The notes beneath the pieces were generated by a model. It searched no databases. It was not told the origin of the DNA and saw nothing but the letters and a program-made list of their open reading frames with translations. DNA of 64,000 bases, taken from an uncultured delta proteobacterium. Its GTDB lineage: Bacteria; Myxococcota; Myxococcia; Myxococcales; Anaeromyxobacteraceae. The translations under genes and the position numbers were made by a program. This document shows positions 38,568-49,452 of the stretch, piece after piece. How positions within the stretch are numbered: the first letter of the stretch is position 1; every line of letters begins with the position of its first letter. The DNA lies in contig CAVYBH010000013.1 of the NCBI GenBank assembly GCA_963766715.1, forward strand, positions 291,166 to 355,165, in the 5' to 3' direction.

Positions 38568-39745
38568 AGCGACTCCGGCCGCCCGCCTGGCTGGAGCGCC
38601 AGCGCTACCTGCTCGACTTCACGCTGGCCTCCCTGGGCCGGCGAAGGGGAAGAACCTGGCGCTCGTGGTCGCTCTACACGCTGGTGGTCTTCGGTCTCGC
38701 CTCGGACCTGATGTACACCGAGGCGCTCCGGAGCGAGGCGCTGCGCGTCCTGGAGGGTGCACCCGACGTGGTGGTGCAGCGGCATGGTGGCCGGACGCCA
38801 CGATCCATCCCGGCCGACCGGGTCGAGACGGCTCACCAGGCATACGCGGGAGTGACGGAGCGCCGGGGGCCGCCTGTGGGGCTACTACTACGACGCGTCC
38901 GCCCGGGCGAACCTGACCGTCCTGGTCCCCGAGCACTTCTGGGGCAAGGACGGCGAGGTGGTCGATCGGCGAGGCCGTGGCGCGGCTCCAGGATGGCCCG
39001 GCCCGGGGAGCCGTTCCCGGTGCTCGGGCGCCGACGGCAACGTGCCATCCTCGCAGGTCCGGGAGACCATCCCCGCCGGCCTCGGCGCTCGTGTCCGTCC
39101 GACCTCGTGCTCCTCTCCGATCGCCGATTTCCGGAGGCTCTTCGGCGTTCCCGTCCGGATCGTCTTCACCGACGTGGCCCTGGTGGTGCCCAACGGGAAG
39201 GAGGTCTCGACGGTCGCCGAGAAGATCCGGCGGCTCAGATGCCCGACACGCGCCCCATCACCCACGCGGAGATCGCCCGGACCTACGAGGCCATCTTCGA
39301 CTGGCGGAGCGGCCTGGTGGTCGCTCGTTCTCGCCGCCGCGCTGCTGTCCTTCGGCGATCGTGGCCTGGGACAAGGCCTCCGGCCTCTCGGCCGAGGAGC
39401 GGCGGGAGATCGGCATCCTGAAGGCCATCGGCTGGGACACCTCGGAGGTCCTGGCTGGTGAAGGCTGTGGGAGGGCGCGGTCGTGTCCTTGACCGCCTTC
39501 CTGCTCGGCCTCCTGCTCGCCTACGTCCACGTCTTCGTCACGCCGGCCGCCGCTGCTTGGCTCCGGTCCTGAAGGGCTGGTCCACGCTCTACCCCGATTT
39601 CCGCCTCACGCCGTCGCTCGAGTCCCTACCAGCGTGGCCACGCTGTTCTTCCTCACGGTCGTCCCCTACACGGTGGCCACCGTCGTCCCGGCATGGCGGG
39701 CGGCGATCACCGATCCGGACGCGGTGATGCGGTCAGTGACGTGAT
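38564..39745 (+). CDS. FtsX/LolE-like ABC transporter permease (heavily frameshifted)
   Basis: [42 protein letters not shown]. Confidence 0.72.
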
Positions 39746-40435
39746 CGAGCTCGAGCGACGTCCGCCGCGTCTTCCACCAGGGGCGACCCGACGAGCTCGT
39801 GGCCGTGGACGGCGTGAGCCTCGACGATCGAGGCCGGCGCCAGGTCACGGTGCTGCGCGGGCCGAGCGGCTCGGGCAAGACGAGCCTGCTGGCCCTGATC
39901 GGCTGCATGGCCCGGCCGACCTCGGGCCGGATCCACGTGGGCGAACGCGAGGTGACGAGCCTGCCCGAGCGCTTCCTCACCGAGGTGCGGCGCACCACCT
40001 TCGGCTTCGTCTTCCAGCAGTTCCACCTGGTGCGCGGGCATCACGGCGCTGGAGAACGTCATGCTGCCAGCCTACCCGCTGGGCGGAGCCGCGCGGCGCT
40101 CGTCGCGGCGGGCCGCAGGCGCTGCTCGACCGGCTCGGCGTGGCGCGCCGCGCCCGGGCCCGGGCCGATTGGCTCTCCGGCGGCGAGGCCCAGCGCGTCG
40201 CCATCGCCCGGGCGCTGGTCAACGACCCCCGCGTCATCATCGCCGACGAGCCGACCGCGCACCTCGACACGAAGCTCTCGGCGGCCTTCATGGATGATCG
40301 TGGAGTCGCCTGCGAGGCCGAGGGCAAGCACCGTGGTGATCGCCAGCCACGACCCGCTCGTCCACGACTCGAGCCGGTCGATCGACCGGGTGTGCCGATG
40401 AGGGACGGGCGCGATCGAGGGCGGAGGGGCCGTGA
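39741..40435 (+). CDS. LolD-like ABC transporter ATP-binding protein (frameshifted)
   Basis: [48 protein letters not shown]. Confidence 0.88.
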
Positions 40436-41432
40436 TCCTCCACCCCGCCGTGCATCGCGCTGGTCGGGTCCTCGCTGCTGGTCGGCGGCACTTCTCGCCT
40501 ACTCGGCCTGGTGGGGGGCGCAGGTCCTCCGTCACTGGGACCTCGCGAGCGGGAGCGAGCTCCAGCTCTCGCTCGAGCGGCGTACCCACCTCGTCTCCAC
40601 CATCCTCGTCGTACGTGCTCCGCGTTCGAGCTGGCGTCGCTCTTCCTGTTCGTCTTCACCGCCGACTCGCTCGCTCCGCTCTTCACGGGGGCCATGTGTG
40701 CGGCCGGGATCGCTGCACGCGAGCCCCTACGGGTATCCGGTGCTGCTCCTCAGATCCTCGGCTTCGTGCTCGCCGGCGCTCTGGATCGTGGTGAACCGGG
40801 GCGATGACGCTGGGCACGACTACCCGCTCATCCGGGTGCAAGTACCGGTTCCTGCTCGCTCTCGCGCCGTTGCTCGCTCGCTCGAGATGGTGCTCCGGGC
40901 CGCCTACTTCCTCGACCTGAAGCCCGAGGTCATCACCTCCTGCTGCGGCAGCCTCTTCGGCGCGGGGGGCAAGGGGCTCGGCTCGGACCTGGCCGGACTC
41001 TCGCCGCGGGCGGCAGGTGGGACCTTCCTCTTGCTCCTCGGCGGCGCGATCGCGGCCGGTCTCGTCTTCCGTCTCGCGGGGCTCGGCGGCTGGGTGGTTG
41101 GCTTGCTCGCGGCGACACTCCTGCCCGTGGGACTGGCGGCCGTGGTCGCCTGGCTGTCCCCGTACGTGTACGAGCTGCCGACGCACCACTGCCCGTTCTG
41201 CATCCTGCAGCGGGAGTACCTGTACGTGGGCTACCCGCTCTACGGCGCGCTCCTCGGCGGGACGATCACCGGGGCCGGCGTGGGCGTGCTCATGCCCTTT
41301 CGCTCGATTCCCAGCCTCGCTGCGGCGGTACCCGCCTTCCAGCGAAGGCTCGCCGGCTGGTCGGTCGGGCTGCTCGGCGTGCTGGCCGTGCTGGTCGGCT
41401 GGATCCTGGTGGCATCGCACCTCAGGCAGTGA
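40432..41432 (+). CDS. Polytopic membrane protein with Cys motifs (frameshifted)
   Basis: [26 protein letters not shown]; multiple TM helices. Confidence 0.7.
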
Positions 41433-41543
41433 GTGCCGTCCCTTCCGGGCCCTCTTCGGCCATCCTAGCCCCGTCCGCCCCTTGCAGGGATCCCCTCACT
41501 CCAGGGTCGCGGCGCGGGTTCCCGGGGCTTAAGGAGTGACCCC

Positions 41544-42629
41544 ATGTCCAACTCCCTGCTCTTCGCTCCCGCGACCCTCGGCTCCCTCTCCCTCCGGAAT
41601 CACCTGGTCATGGCCCCCATGACCCGCAGCCGCGCGGTGGAGGGCAGCACGCCCACCGCGCTCATGGCCGAGTACTACGCCCAGCGGGCCGATGCCGGCC
41701 TTCTCATCACCGAGGGGACGTCTCCCTCTCCGAACGGAACCGGTTACCCGCGCATCCCCGGCCTGTGGTCGAACGGCCAGGTGGCCGGCTGGCGGCTCGT
41801 GACCGACGCCGTGCACGCCCGCGGCGGCCGGATCTTCGTGCAGCTCATGCACACCGGGCGCGTGGGACACCCGCTCAACCTTCCGGCGGGTGGCGAGGTG
41901 CTGGCGCCGAGCGCGGTCGCCGCGCCGGGCGAGATGTACACCGACGCCAAGGGGATGCAGCCGCACCCCACGCCGCGGGCCATGACCGAGGCCGAGGTGC
42001 TGCAGGCCATCGAGGAGTACGTGACGGCGTCCCGGAACGCGATCGCGGCCGGCTTCGACGGGGTCGAGCTTCACGGCGCGAACGGCTACCTCATGGAGCA
42101 GTTCATCAGCCCGGACACGAACCGCCGCACCGACGCCTGGGGCGGGTCGGTGGAGAAGCGGATCGGCTTCGTGCTGGAGGTGGCCCGCAAGACCGCAGCC
42201 GCCATCGGCGGCGAGCGGGTCGGCATCCGGCTCTCGCCCTACGGCGTGAACGCGGGGATGGTGGCCTATCCGGAGATCGACGAGACCTACCGGAAGCTCG
42301 TGGCGGCGCTCGGCCCCACCGGCATCCAGTACGTCCACCTGGTCGATCACTCCTCGATGGGCGCTCCCACGGTTCCCGCCGAGCTCAAGCTGGCCATGCG
42401 AAAGGCCTGGCCTCGCACCTTCATCCTGGCCGGCGGGTTCGACCGGGAGAGCGCCGAGGCGGCGCTGCGCGAGGGTCGCTGCGACCTGGTCGCGTTCGGC
42501 CGGGCGTTCCTCGCCAATCCCGACCTGGTCCGGCGGCTGGAGGGCGGGCTGGCGCTCAACGCCCCCGACTTCTCCACGTTCTACACGCCCGGCTCCAAGG
42601 GCTACACCGACTATCCCGCCGCGGCCTGA
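41544..42629 (+). CDS. Old yellow enzyme family alkene reductase (NemA-like)
   Basis: MAPMTRSRA, QLMHTGR, FDGVELHGANGYL, N.RTD.WGGS, GYTDYP. Confidence 0.93.
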   Translation: MSNSLLFAPATLGSLSLRNHLVMAPMTRSRAVEGSTPTALMAEYYAQRADAGLLITEGTSPSPNGTGYPRIPGLWSNGQVAGWRLVTDAVHARGGRIFVQLMHTGRVGHPLNLPAGGEVLAPSAVAAPGEMYTDAKGMQPHPTPRAMTEAEVLQAIEEYVTASRNAIAAGFDGVELHGANGYLMEQFISPDTNRRTDAWGGSVEKRIGFVLEVARKTAAAIGGERVGIRLSPYGVNAGMVAYPEIDETYRKLVAALGPTGIQYVHLVDHSSMGAPTVPAELKLAMRKAWPRTFILAGGFDRESAEAALREGRCDLVAFGRAFLANPDLVRRLEGGLALNAPDFSTFYTPGSKGYTDYPAAA

Positions 42630-42649
42630 CGCCAGTCCGACCCAAGCCC

Positions 42650-45631
42650 ATGACCAGCGCAGACGCGCCGAAGCGCCGATTCCTCGCTCGAGGTCGCACC
42701 TGGCTCCTCGCCGCCCTGGGGCTCGTGGTGGCCTACCTGGCCTTTGGATTTCTCGTCCTCCCCTGGCTGATCCGGCGGGAGATCGAGCAGCGCGGACCGG
42801 TCTTCATGCACCGGGAGGTCACGGTCGAGAAGGTCCGGGTGAACCCGATCGCGCTGTCGATCACCATCGACGGGTTGCTCGTGAAGCACCCGGACGGCAG
42901 CCCCCTCGTCAGCTGGGATCAGCTCTACGTGAACGCGAAGCTCTGGCCGCTCCTGAAGAAGGAGGCCCGGCTGGAGGAGCTTCGCCTCGTGAAGTTCCAC
43001 CTGCGCGGGATCCTCAATCGCGAGGGTCGGCTCAACTCCCAGGACATCCTCGACTCCCTCCGCTCCGACGACGGGAAGGCCCCGCCGAAGAAGGACGACC
43101 GCGCGTGGGTGTTCGGCATCGACCAGGTCGAGGTCGAGCGGGCGCAGATCGACTTCAAGGACCTCTCCCGCCGCCGCCCCTTCGAGACCCAGGTCGGCCC
43201 GTTCACCGTGGAGCTGAAGGACTTCCGCACCCGCCGGGACGCCACCGCGCCCTACTCCTTCACGGGAGTCACCGAGTCGGGAGAGAAGTTCTCCTGGACG
43301 GGCAACGTGCTCCTCGATCCGATCCGCTCGAAGGGCCGGTTCTCCTTCGACGAGATCCAGCTGAAGAAGTACTCGCCCTACTACGAGCAGGCGGTGGGCT
43401 TCGAGCTGCGCGACGGGCGCCTGGGCGTGAAGTCGAGCTACGACCTGGAGTGGGGGCCGGACAAGCGGCTGGTGAAGATCTCCGACGGCTCGGTCTCCCT
43501 GCGTTCGCTCGCGCTGGCGCTGCCCGGCGCGCCGGCGGCCGGCGGTGGAGCTTCCGGAGGCGTCGGTGGGCGGCATCGCCGTCGACGTGCTGACCCGGAT
43601 CGCCACGGTGGACTCGGTGGTCCTGAAGGGCGGCATCGTGCGCGCCAGGCGCGCCCCCGACGGGAAGATCGACCTCCTGGCCATGGCCGGACCGGCCTCC
43701 GTGGAGGCGCCGGCTTCCCCTCCGCCGGCCGACGCCCCCTCCATGCCCATCCCGGTGAAGGTGAAGGACCAGGGGGCGAAGGAGCCGGCGGCGCAGTGGA
43801 CGCTTCGCGCCTTCGAGGCCTCCGGCTGGCGCATCGAGCTGGATGACGCGGTCCCGGCCTCCCCGGTCCGGATCGCCATCGCCCCGCTCGACGTCCGCCT
43901 GGAGAACCTCTCGAGCGATCCGAAGTCCACCGCCCGGCTCGACGCCAAGGCGCGGATCGAGGGCAAGGGCGCGGCCAGCGCCGACGGGACCGTCTCCATC
44001 CACCGTCCGTCCGCCGACCTCGCCGTCCACGTCGACGGCCTCGACCTGACGGTCTCGAACCCCTACATCCCGCAGCACGGAAACGTGGACGCGCTGCTCG
44101 GCGGCGGCAAGCTGGGCGTGGCCGGTCGGGCCCGCTTCGACGGCGGCGTCCAGCCCGCCACCTGGGGCTTCGCCGGCGACGTGAAGGTGGAGGCCTTCGC
44201 GCTGCGCGACGCGCCCAAGGGCGAGGAGCTGGTGCGGTGGCGAAGCCTGGCGCTCACCGGGATCCAGGCGGCGCCGGCCCCCGCCGGGACGTCGATCAAG
44301 GTGGTCCGCTGGGTGGAGCCGCGGATCCGGGTCCAGATCGCGGAGGGCGGCTCGTCCAACCTCAAGCGGATCCTGCGCACCGACGGCCAGCCCGCAGCGG
44401 AGCCCAAGGAGGGAGCGAACGCGCCCGCGAAGGAGCCTGCCAAGGAGGCTCCGAAGGTCGCTGCACACGAGCCTCCTCCGTACCCGTTCTCGATCCAGAG
44501 CTTCCAGATCGTCCGGGGAGCGCTGGACTTCTCCGACCGCTCGATCGAGCCACCGGTGAGCTTCGGCGTCGCCGATCTCGACGTGCGGATCCGCGGCCTC
44601 TCGAACGCGCTCAACGCGCGCTCCCAGGTGGTCGTCCGGGCCCTCGTGGGCGGCGGCCCGTTCGAGGTGAACGGCACGCTCAGCCCCCGGATGGTGAACG
44701 ACGCCACCGATCTCAAGATCACCTCGAAGGGGGTCGACCTCTCCCCGCTCAGCCCCTACTGCGGCAAGTACGTCGGCTACCTGCTCGAGAAGGGGAAGCT
44801 CGACCTCGACCTCGGCTACAAGGTCGCCAAGCGGAACCTCCAGGCCACGAACCTCATCCAGGTCGACCAGTTCACCCTGAGCGAGGAGGCCACCGGCAGC
44901 AAGGACGCCACCTCCCTCCCCGTGAAGCTGGGCCTGGCCATCCTCCGCGACAAGGACGGGCTCATCGAGCTGGACGTGCCGGTGGAGGGCAACATCGACG
45001 ACCCGAGCTTCCGGCTGGGGAAGGCCATCTGGCACGCCATCGGGAACGTCTTCACCAAGCTCGTGACCGCTCCCTTCGCGGCGCTGGGGAAGCTCGTCGG
45101 GGGATCGAGCGGGGGCCGGCTCGACGTGGTGGACTTCCTGGCGGGCTCGGCGACGATCACGCCCTCGTCCGAGAAGTCGATCCAGAGCCTCGCCAAGGCG
45201 CTCGGCGAGCGGCCCACGCTCCAGCTCGCCATCCAGCCGGTGACCGATCCCGCCTCCGACGGGAAGGCGCTGCGCGTCGCCGAGCTGAGACGGCGCGCCG
45301 CCGAGGCGAAGGGAAAGGGAGCGAAAGGCGACGCCGCGAAGGCCGAGCTCACCGACGAGGAGTACACGCGGTTCGTGGCGGCCGCCTACAAGGCGCTCGG
45401 AAAGGCGCGACGACCGCCGAGCCGGATCCGGCCGAGATGGAGGACCGGGTCCTCGAGTCGATTCCCCTTCCCCCCGATGCGCTGCGCTCGCTCGAGCAGC
45501 AGCGCGCCGATGCCGTCCGGACGCAGCTCGTCCAGGGCAAGGCGATCGAGCCGGCGCGCCTCTCGGTCACCGAGCCGGGCGAGCGCGCGAAGAAGGAAGG
45601 CGGGACGCGGGTGTACTTCGAGCTGAGGTGA
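42650..45631 (+). CDS. DUF748 domain (AsmA-like) protein (frameshifts near 43540 and 45405)
   Basis: N-terminal TM anchor; repeated beta-rich units with SPY and GKLDLDL.Y; L.D.DG.I.LD.PVEG. Confidence 0.82.
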
Positions 45632-45799
45632 TCCCGACGGGGCCGGGGGTGCGCCCTCTCCCCACACCGGGACGATTGGCGCGGACCCACGGTCGGGGCT
45701 GCCTCTGCCCGCATGGGGCGTGACCCGTCGCTGCGGGCGCCGGAGTTCCTGGCTTTACGCTTCGTGAAGCCTGGCAGGCGCCGTGCACCTTCCCCGGGG

Positions 45800-46141
45800 A
45801 TGACCAGGTACCTCGCCCTGCTCGCCCTCCTGCCGCTCCTCGTCCTCCCAGGCGCGGTCCGCGCCTCCGACGACCACGTCACCCGCGAGGTCGAGGAGCG
45901 CTTCGGCCCACCCCAGGCCCGGGCGGAGGGGATCTGCAGCCCGCCGGACTCCCGGGAGCAGGTCCGCTGCCTGCGCTGGCAGTACGACTCGGGGACCCGC
46001 CACGCCGTCTTCTACTTCGACCCCGATACCTGGCGCCTGCTCGAGGCCTACACCTGGGACGACGCCGATCACGCGGCGACGAACACCTCCGAGCAGGTGC
46101 GCAGCCTGCTCGACACCGCCCGCAACGTGAACGAACCCTGA
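45800..46141 (+). CDS. Hypothetical secreted protein
   Basis: Signal peptide MTRYLALLALLPLLVLPGAVRA; two Cys; directly upstream of the oleate hydratase. Confidence 0.6.
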   Translation: MTRYLALLALLPLLVLPGAVRASDDHVTREVEERFGPPQARAEGICSPPDSREQVRCLRWQYDSGTRHAVFYFDPDTWRLLEAYTWDDADHAATNTSEQVRSLLDTARNVNEP

Positions 46142-46149
46142 GGGGAACC

Positions 46150-47742
46150 ATGAAATCAGCCAGGAAGCTGGACCCGAAGGCGTCGCACGTCTACCTCGTC
46201 GGCAGCGGGATCGCCTCCCTCGCCAGCGCCGTCTACCTCCAGCGCGATGCGGGGGTGCCCGGAGAGAACATCCACGTCCTGGAAAAGGGCTCGATCCTGG
46301 GCGGCGCCCTCGACGGCGCCGGCAATCCGGAGAAGGGCTTCGTGGTCCGCGGCGGGCGGATGCACGAGCTCCACTACACCTGCTACTGGGACCTGCTCTC
46401 GGCCATCCCGTCGCTCGAGGACCCGGCCGTCTCGGTGACCGAGGAGTCGCTCGAGTTCAACCGCCGGTTCGTGAGCAACGCGCAGGCGCGGCTGCTCGCG
46501 GGCGGCAAGAAGCTGGACGTCTCGTCCTTCGGGCTGAACGTGAAGCAGCAGGCCCGGCTCCTCGAGCTGACCTTCATGCCGGAGGGGGCGCTCGGAGCGA
46601 AACGGATCGAGGACTGGTTCGATCACGACTTCTTCACCACCAACTTCTGGTTCCTCTGGACCTCCATGTTCGCGTTCCAGAAGTGGAGCAGCCTGGCGGA
46701 GATGCGCCGGTACATGAAGCGCTTCATCCACCTGGTCGACGGCCTTCCGCGCCTGGGGGGCATCCTCCGGACCAAGTACAACCAGTACCACTCGGTGGTG
46801 GTGCCGCTCACCCGCTACCTGCAAGCCCGCGGCGTCCAGTTCCACCTGGGGAAGGAGGTCGTGGACGTCACCTTCGACCTCTCGGCCGACACGAAGACCG
46901 CGAAGCTGCTGCACATGAAGGACGGCAGCGAGATCCCGCTGGGGAAGGACGACTGCGTCCTCGTCACCAACGGCTCGCTCACCGAGAGCACCGACAATGG
47001 CGCCTGGGAGCGGCCCGCCGTCCTGAAGGGGCTCGCGGAATCGGGCTCGTGGCAGCTGTGGAAGAAGCTCGCGGCGAAGGATCCGTCCTTCGGGAACCCG
47101 GGGCCCTTCTGCGATCGCATCGACCTCCAGCGCTGGTATTCGTTCACGGCCACGCTGAAGGACCGCACCTTCCACGACTACATGGAGAACTTCTCCGGCA
47201 ACGTCGACGGGACGGGCGGCCTCGTCACCTTGACCGACTCGGCCTGGCTCATGTCCTTCGTCATCGCCCGCCAGCCCCACTTCCCGAACCAGCCGGACGA
47301 CGTGAAGATCTTCTGGGGATACGGCCTCTTCTCCGACCGGAAGGGCGACTTCGTCCGGAAGACCATGGCGGAGTGCACCGGGAAGGAGATGCTCGAGGAG
47401 CTCTGGTACCACCTGCGAATCCAGGAACGGATGAAGCCGGTGATGGACTCCGGGAAGGCGAACTGCATCCCGGTGGCGATGCCCTACGTCGACAGCCTCT
47501 TCATGCCGCGGGCGCCCGGCGACCGGCCCGACGTCCTCCCCAGGGGATCGACCAACTTCGCCTTCCTGGGCCAGTTCGCGGAGGCGCCCACCGACTGCGT
47601 CTTCACGGTCGAGTACTCGGTGCGGACGGCCCAGATGGCGGTGTACGGGCTCTTCGAGACCGGGAAGGAGGTCATGCCGGTCTACGACTCAATCCACCAG
47701 CCGGAGGTCCTCATCCGGGCCGCGCGGGCCATCAGCCACTGA
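46150..47742 (+). CDS. ohyA: Oleate hydratase (myosin-cross-reactive antigen family)
   Basis: GSGIASLA, GG.LDG, RGGRM, TKYNQY.S, TNGS, FLGQF.E, VFTVEYSVR. Confidence 0.93.
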   Translation: MKSARKLDPKASHVYLVGSGIASLASAVYLQRDAGVPGENIHVLEKGSILGGALDGAGNPEKGFVVRGGRMHELHYTCYWDLLSAIPSLEDPAVSVTEESLEFNRRFVSNAQARLLAGGKKLDVSSFGLNVKQQARLLELTFMPEGALGAKRIEDWFDHDFFTTNFWFLWTSMFAFQKWSSLAEMRRYMKRFIHLVDGLPRLGGILRTKYNQYHSVVVPLTRYLQARGVQFHLGKEVVDVTFDLSADTKTAKLLHMKDGSEIPLGKDDCVLVTNGSLTESTDNGAWERPAVLKGLAESGSWQLWKKLAAKDPSFGNPGPFCDRIDLQRWYSFTATLKDRTFHDYMENFSGNVDGTGGLVTLTDSAWLMSFVIARQPHFPNQPDDVKIFWGYGLFSDRKGDFVRKTMAECTGKEMLEELWYHLRIQERMKPVMDSGKANCIPVAMPYVDSLFMPRAPGDRPDVLPRGSTNFAFLGQFAEAPTDCVFTVEYSVRTAQMAVYGLFETGKEVMPVYDSIHQPEVLIRAARAISH

Positions 47743-48167
47743 CGGTCCGGACGGACGGCGCCTCGCCTCAGAATCGCCAGGCGGTGGACCGTGGCGAGGA
47801 GCTCCTCCACCAGGAAGGGCTTCTGGATGACCGCCGCCGCTTCGAGCGTGTGATCGAAGGCCGAGATGATCACGACCGGGACCTCCGCCAGGTCGGGGTC
47901 GTCGAGCTGGGCGGCCCGGAACTCGTAGCCGTCCATCACCGGCATCATGAGATCGAGGAGGATCACGTCGGGGCGGTGGGCGTGAGCCTCCCACAGCGCC
48001 TGCCGGCCGTCCGCCGCGGACGAGACGAGGTACCCCTCGCCGCCGAGCAGCTCCACCAGCAACTCCCGGATGTCCCGATCGTCGTCGACGACCAGGACCC
48101 GCCTGGAGCTGGACCAGATCGGCGCTGCCGGCCATTCCCTGGCTTGCGTGGCCATGACGGCTGCCAT
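47682..48167 (-). CDS. Stand-alone response regulator receiver protein (ends uncertain)
   Basis: VLVVDDD, ILLDLMMP.MDG, ISA, KPF. Confidence 0.85.
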   Translation of the reverse strand: MAAVMATQAREWPAAPIWSSSRRVLVVDDDRDIRELLVELLGGEGYLVSSAADGRQALWEAHAHRPDVILLDLMMPVMDGYEFRAAQLDDPDLAEVPVVIISAFDHTLEAAAVIQKPFLVEELLATVHRLAILRRGAVRPDRQWLMARAARMRTSGWWIES

Positions 48168-48238
48168 ACTGGCCTGTCGTTAGCCGCCGGGAGAGTCCTG
48201 ATCTCGGGAAAGCCGGGGCGTAAACGGATTGATGGGAT

Positions 48239-49162
48239 TCAGTCCCCGCTCGGTCGAAAGACGAACGGATACTCGACGAGGACGGCTTGACCCGGCCGGA
48301 AGGGAGTCCGCCACGTCCGCACGATCCCGGCGACGCAGTCTGCCACCAGCGCCGACCCGAGCGTGTTCTGGACGACCACCACGCCGGACAGCTCCCCGGT
48401 GGGCAGGATCGAGAATCGCATCCGGACGGTTCCATCCGTGCGCCGGTCGAGCTTGAGCTGGCTCTCGTAGCACGCCCGGAGTCCTCCTATCCGGGCGCGT
48501 ACGAAGGCGTCCAGCCTGGCCTGGTCGACCTCCGACGAGTCGACCTGGCTCACGCCGATCCCGACCGAAGCGGGAAAGGCGAGAGCGCCGGACCGTGGCC
48601 TCCTCCGCCACCGCCTCCTCCGCCGCCGCCTCCACCGCCTCCTCCTCCGGCTCCGAGGTCGCCGAGCTCGGCGGGCGCCCCTCCCCCGCCGCCCTTTCGT
48701 CCGGGCAGGGCGGCCGGATCGACCTGCGTGCGTGAGGCTTCGGGATTCCCGGTGCAAGCTCGCCGCCTTCGATCGTCGCGGGGAGCCCTCTCCCCATCGG
48801 CCCCCTGCCGATGGCGTCCAGCGCCCGCAGGATGCCCTTCTTCTGGACCTCCCGGCCACGTCCCCGGGGGGGCGATCGACGCGGCCCGGGGACTTCGCCG
48901 GGGATGCCGGAGCCGGGCCCTGCTCCCCTGCGGGCTTCGAGGCGTCAGGTCCCGGAGGCGCCGCCTGGTACGTGGGCCACTGCTCGACCATCATGAATCC
49001 GCTCGGCACCCTCTTCACGGGGGGCACCTTCCTCGACGCGACCCAGGCGTAGCCGAGCAGGTGAACGACGAGCGAACCCGCGAGACAGACGAAGAAGACC
49101 CGCAACTGCCTCCGTTGCCGGCGGCCGCGCGAGCCCATCCTCTGGATTGTGCTCGTGTCCAC
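48239..49162 (-). CDS. AgmX/PglI (GltG/GltJ-like) protein with TM segment, Gly-rich linker and TonB-C-like domain (probable frameshifts)
   Basis: SLVVH TM motif; C-terminal LRACYE.QLK...GTV.MRF.I...G, CV....W, V.YPFVF. Confidence 0.72.
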   Translation of the reverse strand: MDTSTIQRMGSRGRRQRRQLRVFFVCLAGSLVVHLLGYAWVASRKVPPVKRVPSGFMMVEQWPTYQAAPPGPDASKPAGEQGPAPASPAKSPGRVDRPPGDVAGRSRRRASCGRWTPSAGGRWGEGSPRRSKAASLHRESRSLTHAGRSGRPARTKGRRGRGARRARRPRSRRRRRWRRRRRRRWRRRPRSGALAFPASVGIGVSQVDSSEVDQARLDAFVRARIGGLRACYESQLKLDRRTDGTVRMRFSILPTGELSGVVVVQNTLGSALVADCVAGIVRTWRTPFRPGQAVLVEYPFVFRPSGD

Positions 49163-49173
49163 CAGGGTTCACT

Positions 49174-49452
49174 TCACCTTCCGGCTTCCTGGAACGGTTC
49201 CTTGTCCACCGCCTCGACGATCTTCCAGAGGAACGAGTCGCGCTCCGGTTGCTGCCGGACGGCCATGCTGGGAGGGGTGATCGCGGGCGCCGACGGTTTC
49301 CGCACCTTGCCCTTGATCTCGACCTCGCCGGGACGGAGGACCTTCCGGTCACTGGACTCGGCAGGCGGCGGCGGTCGCGCGGGAGGCTCCGCGCGCGTCA
49401 CGGCGGGGGAGAGGACGGCCAGGAGCAGGACCGCGAGTCGCAGGGCGTTCAT
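49174..49452 (-). CDS. GltF/CglF-like small exported protein
   Basis: Signal peptide; EIKGKVRKP; RDSFLWKIVEAVDKEPF. Confidence 0.6.
   Translation of the reverse strand: MNALRLAVLLLAVLSPAVTRAEPPARPPPPAESSDRKVLRPGEVEIKGKVRKPSAPAITPPSMAVRQQPERDSFLWKIVEAVDKEPFQEAGR

Noticed and set aside
48599..48650. CCTCCGCCG-type tandem repeat giving poly-Arg or poly-Pro in the ORF track
   Set aside because: It reads as a poly-Gly linker in another minus-strand frame of the GltG-like gene; coding low complexity, not a repeat element
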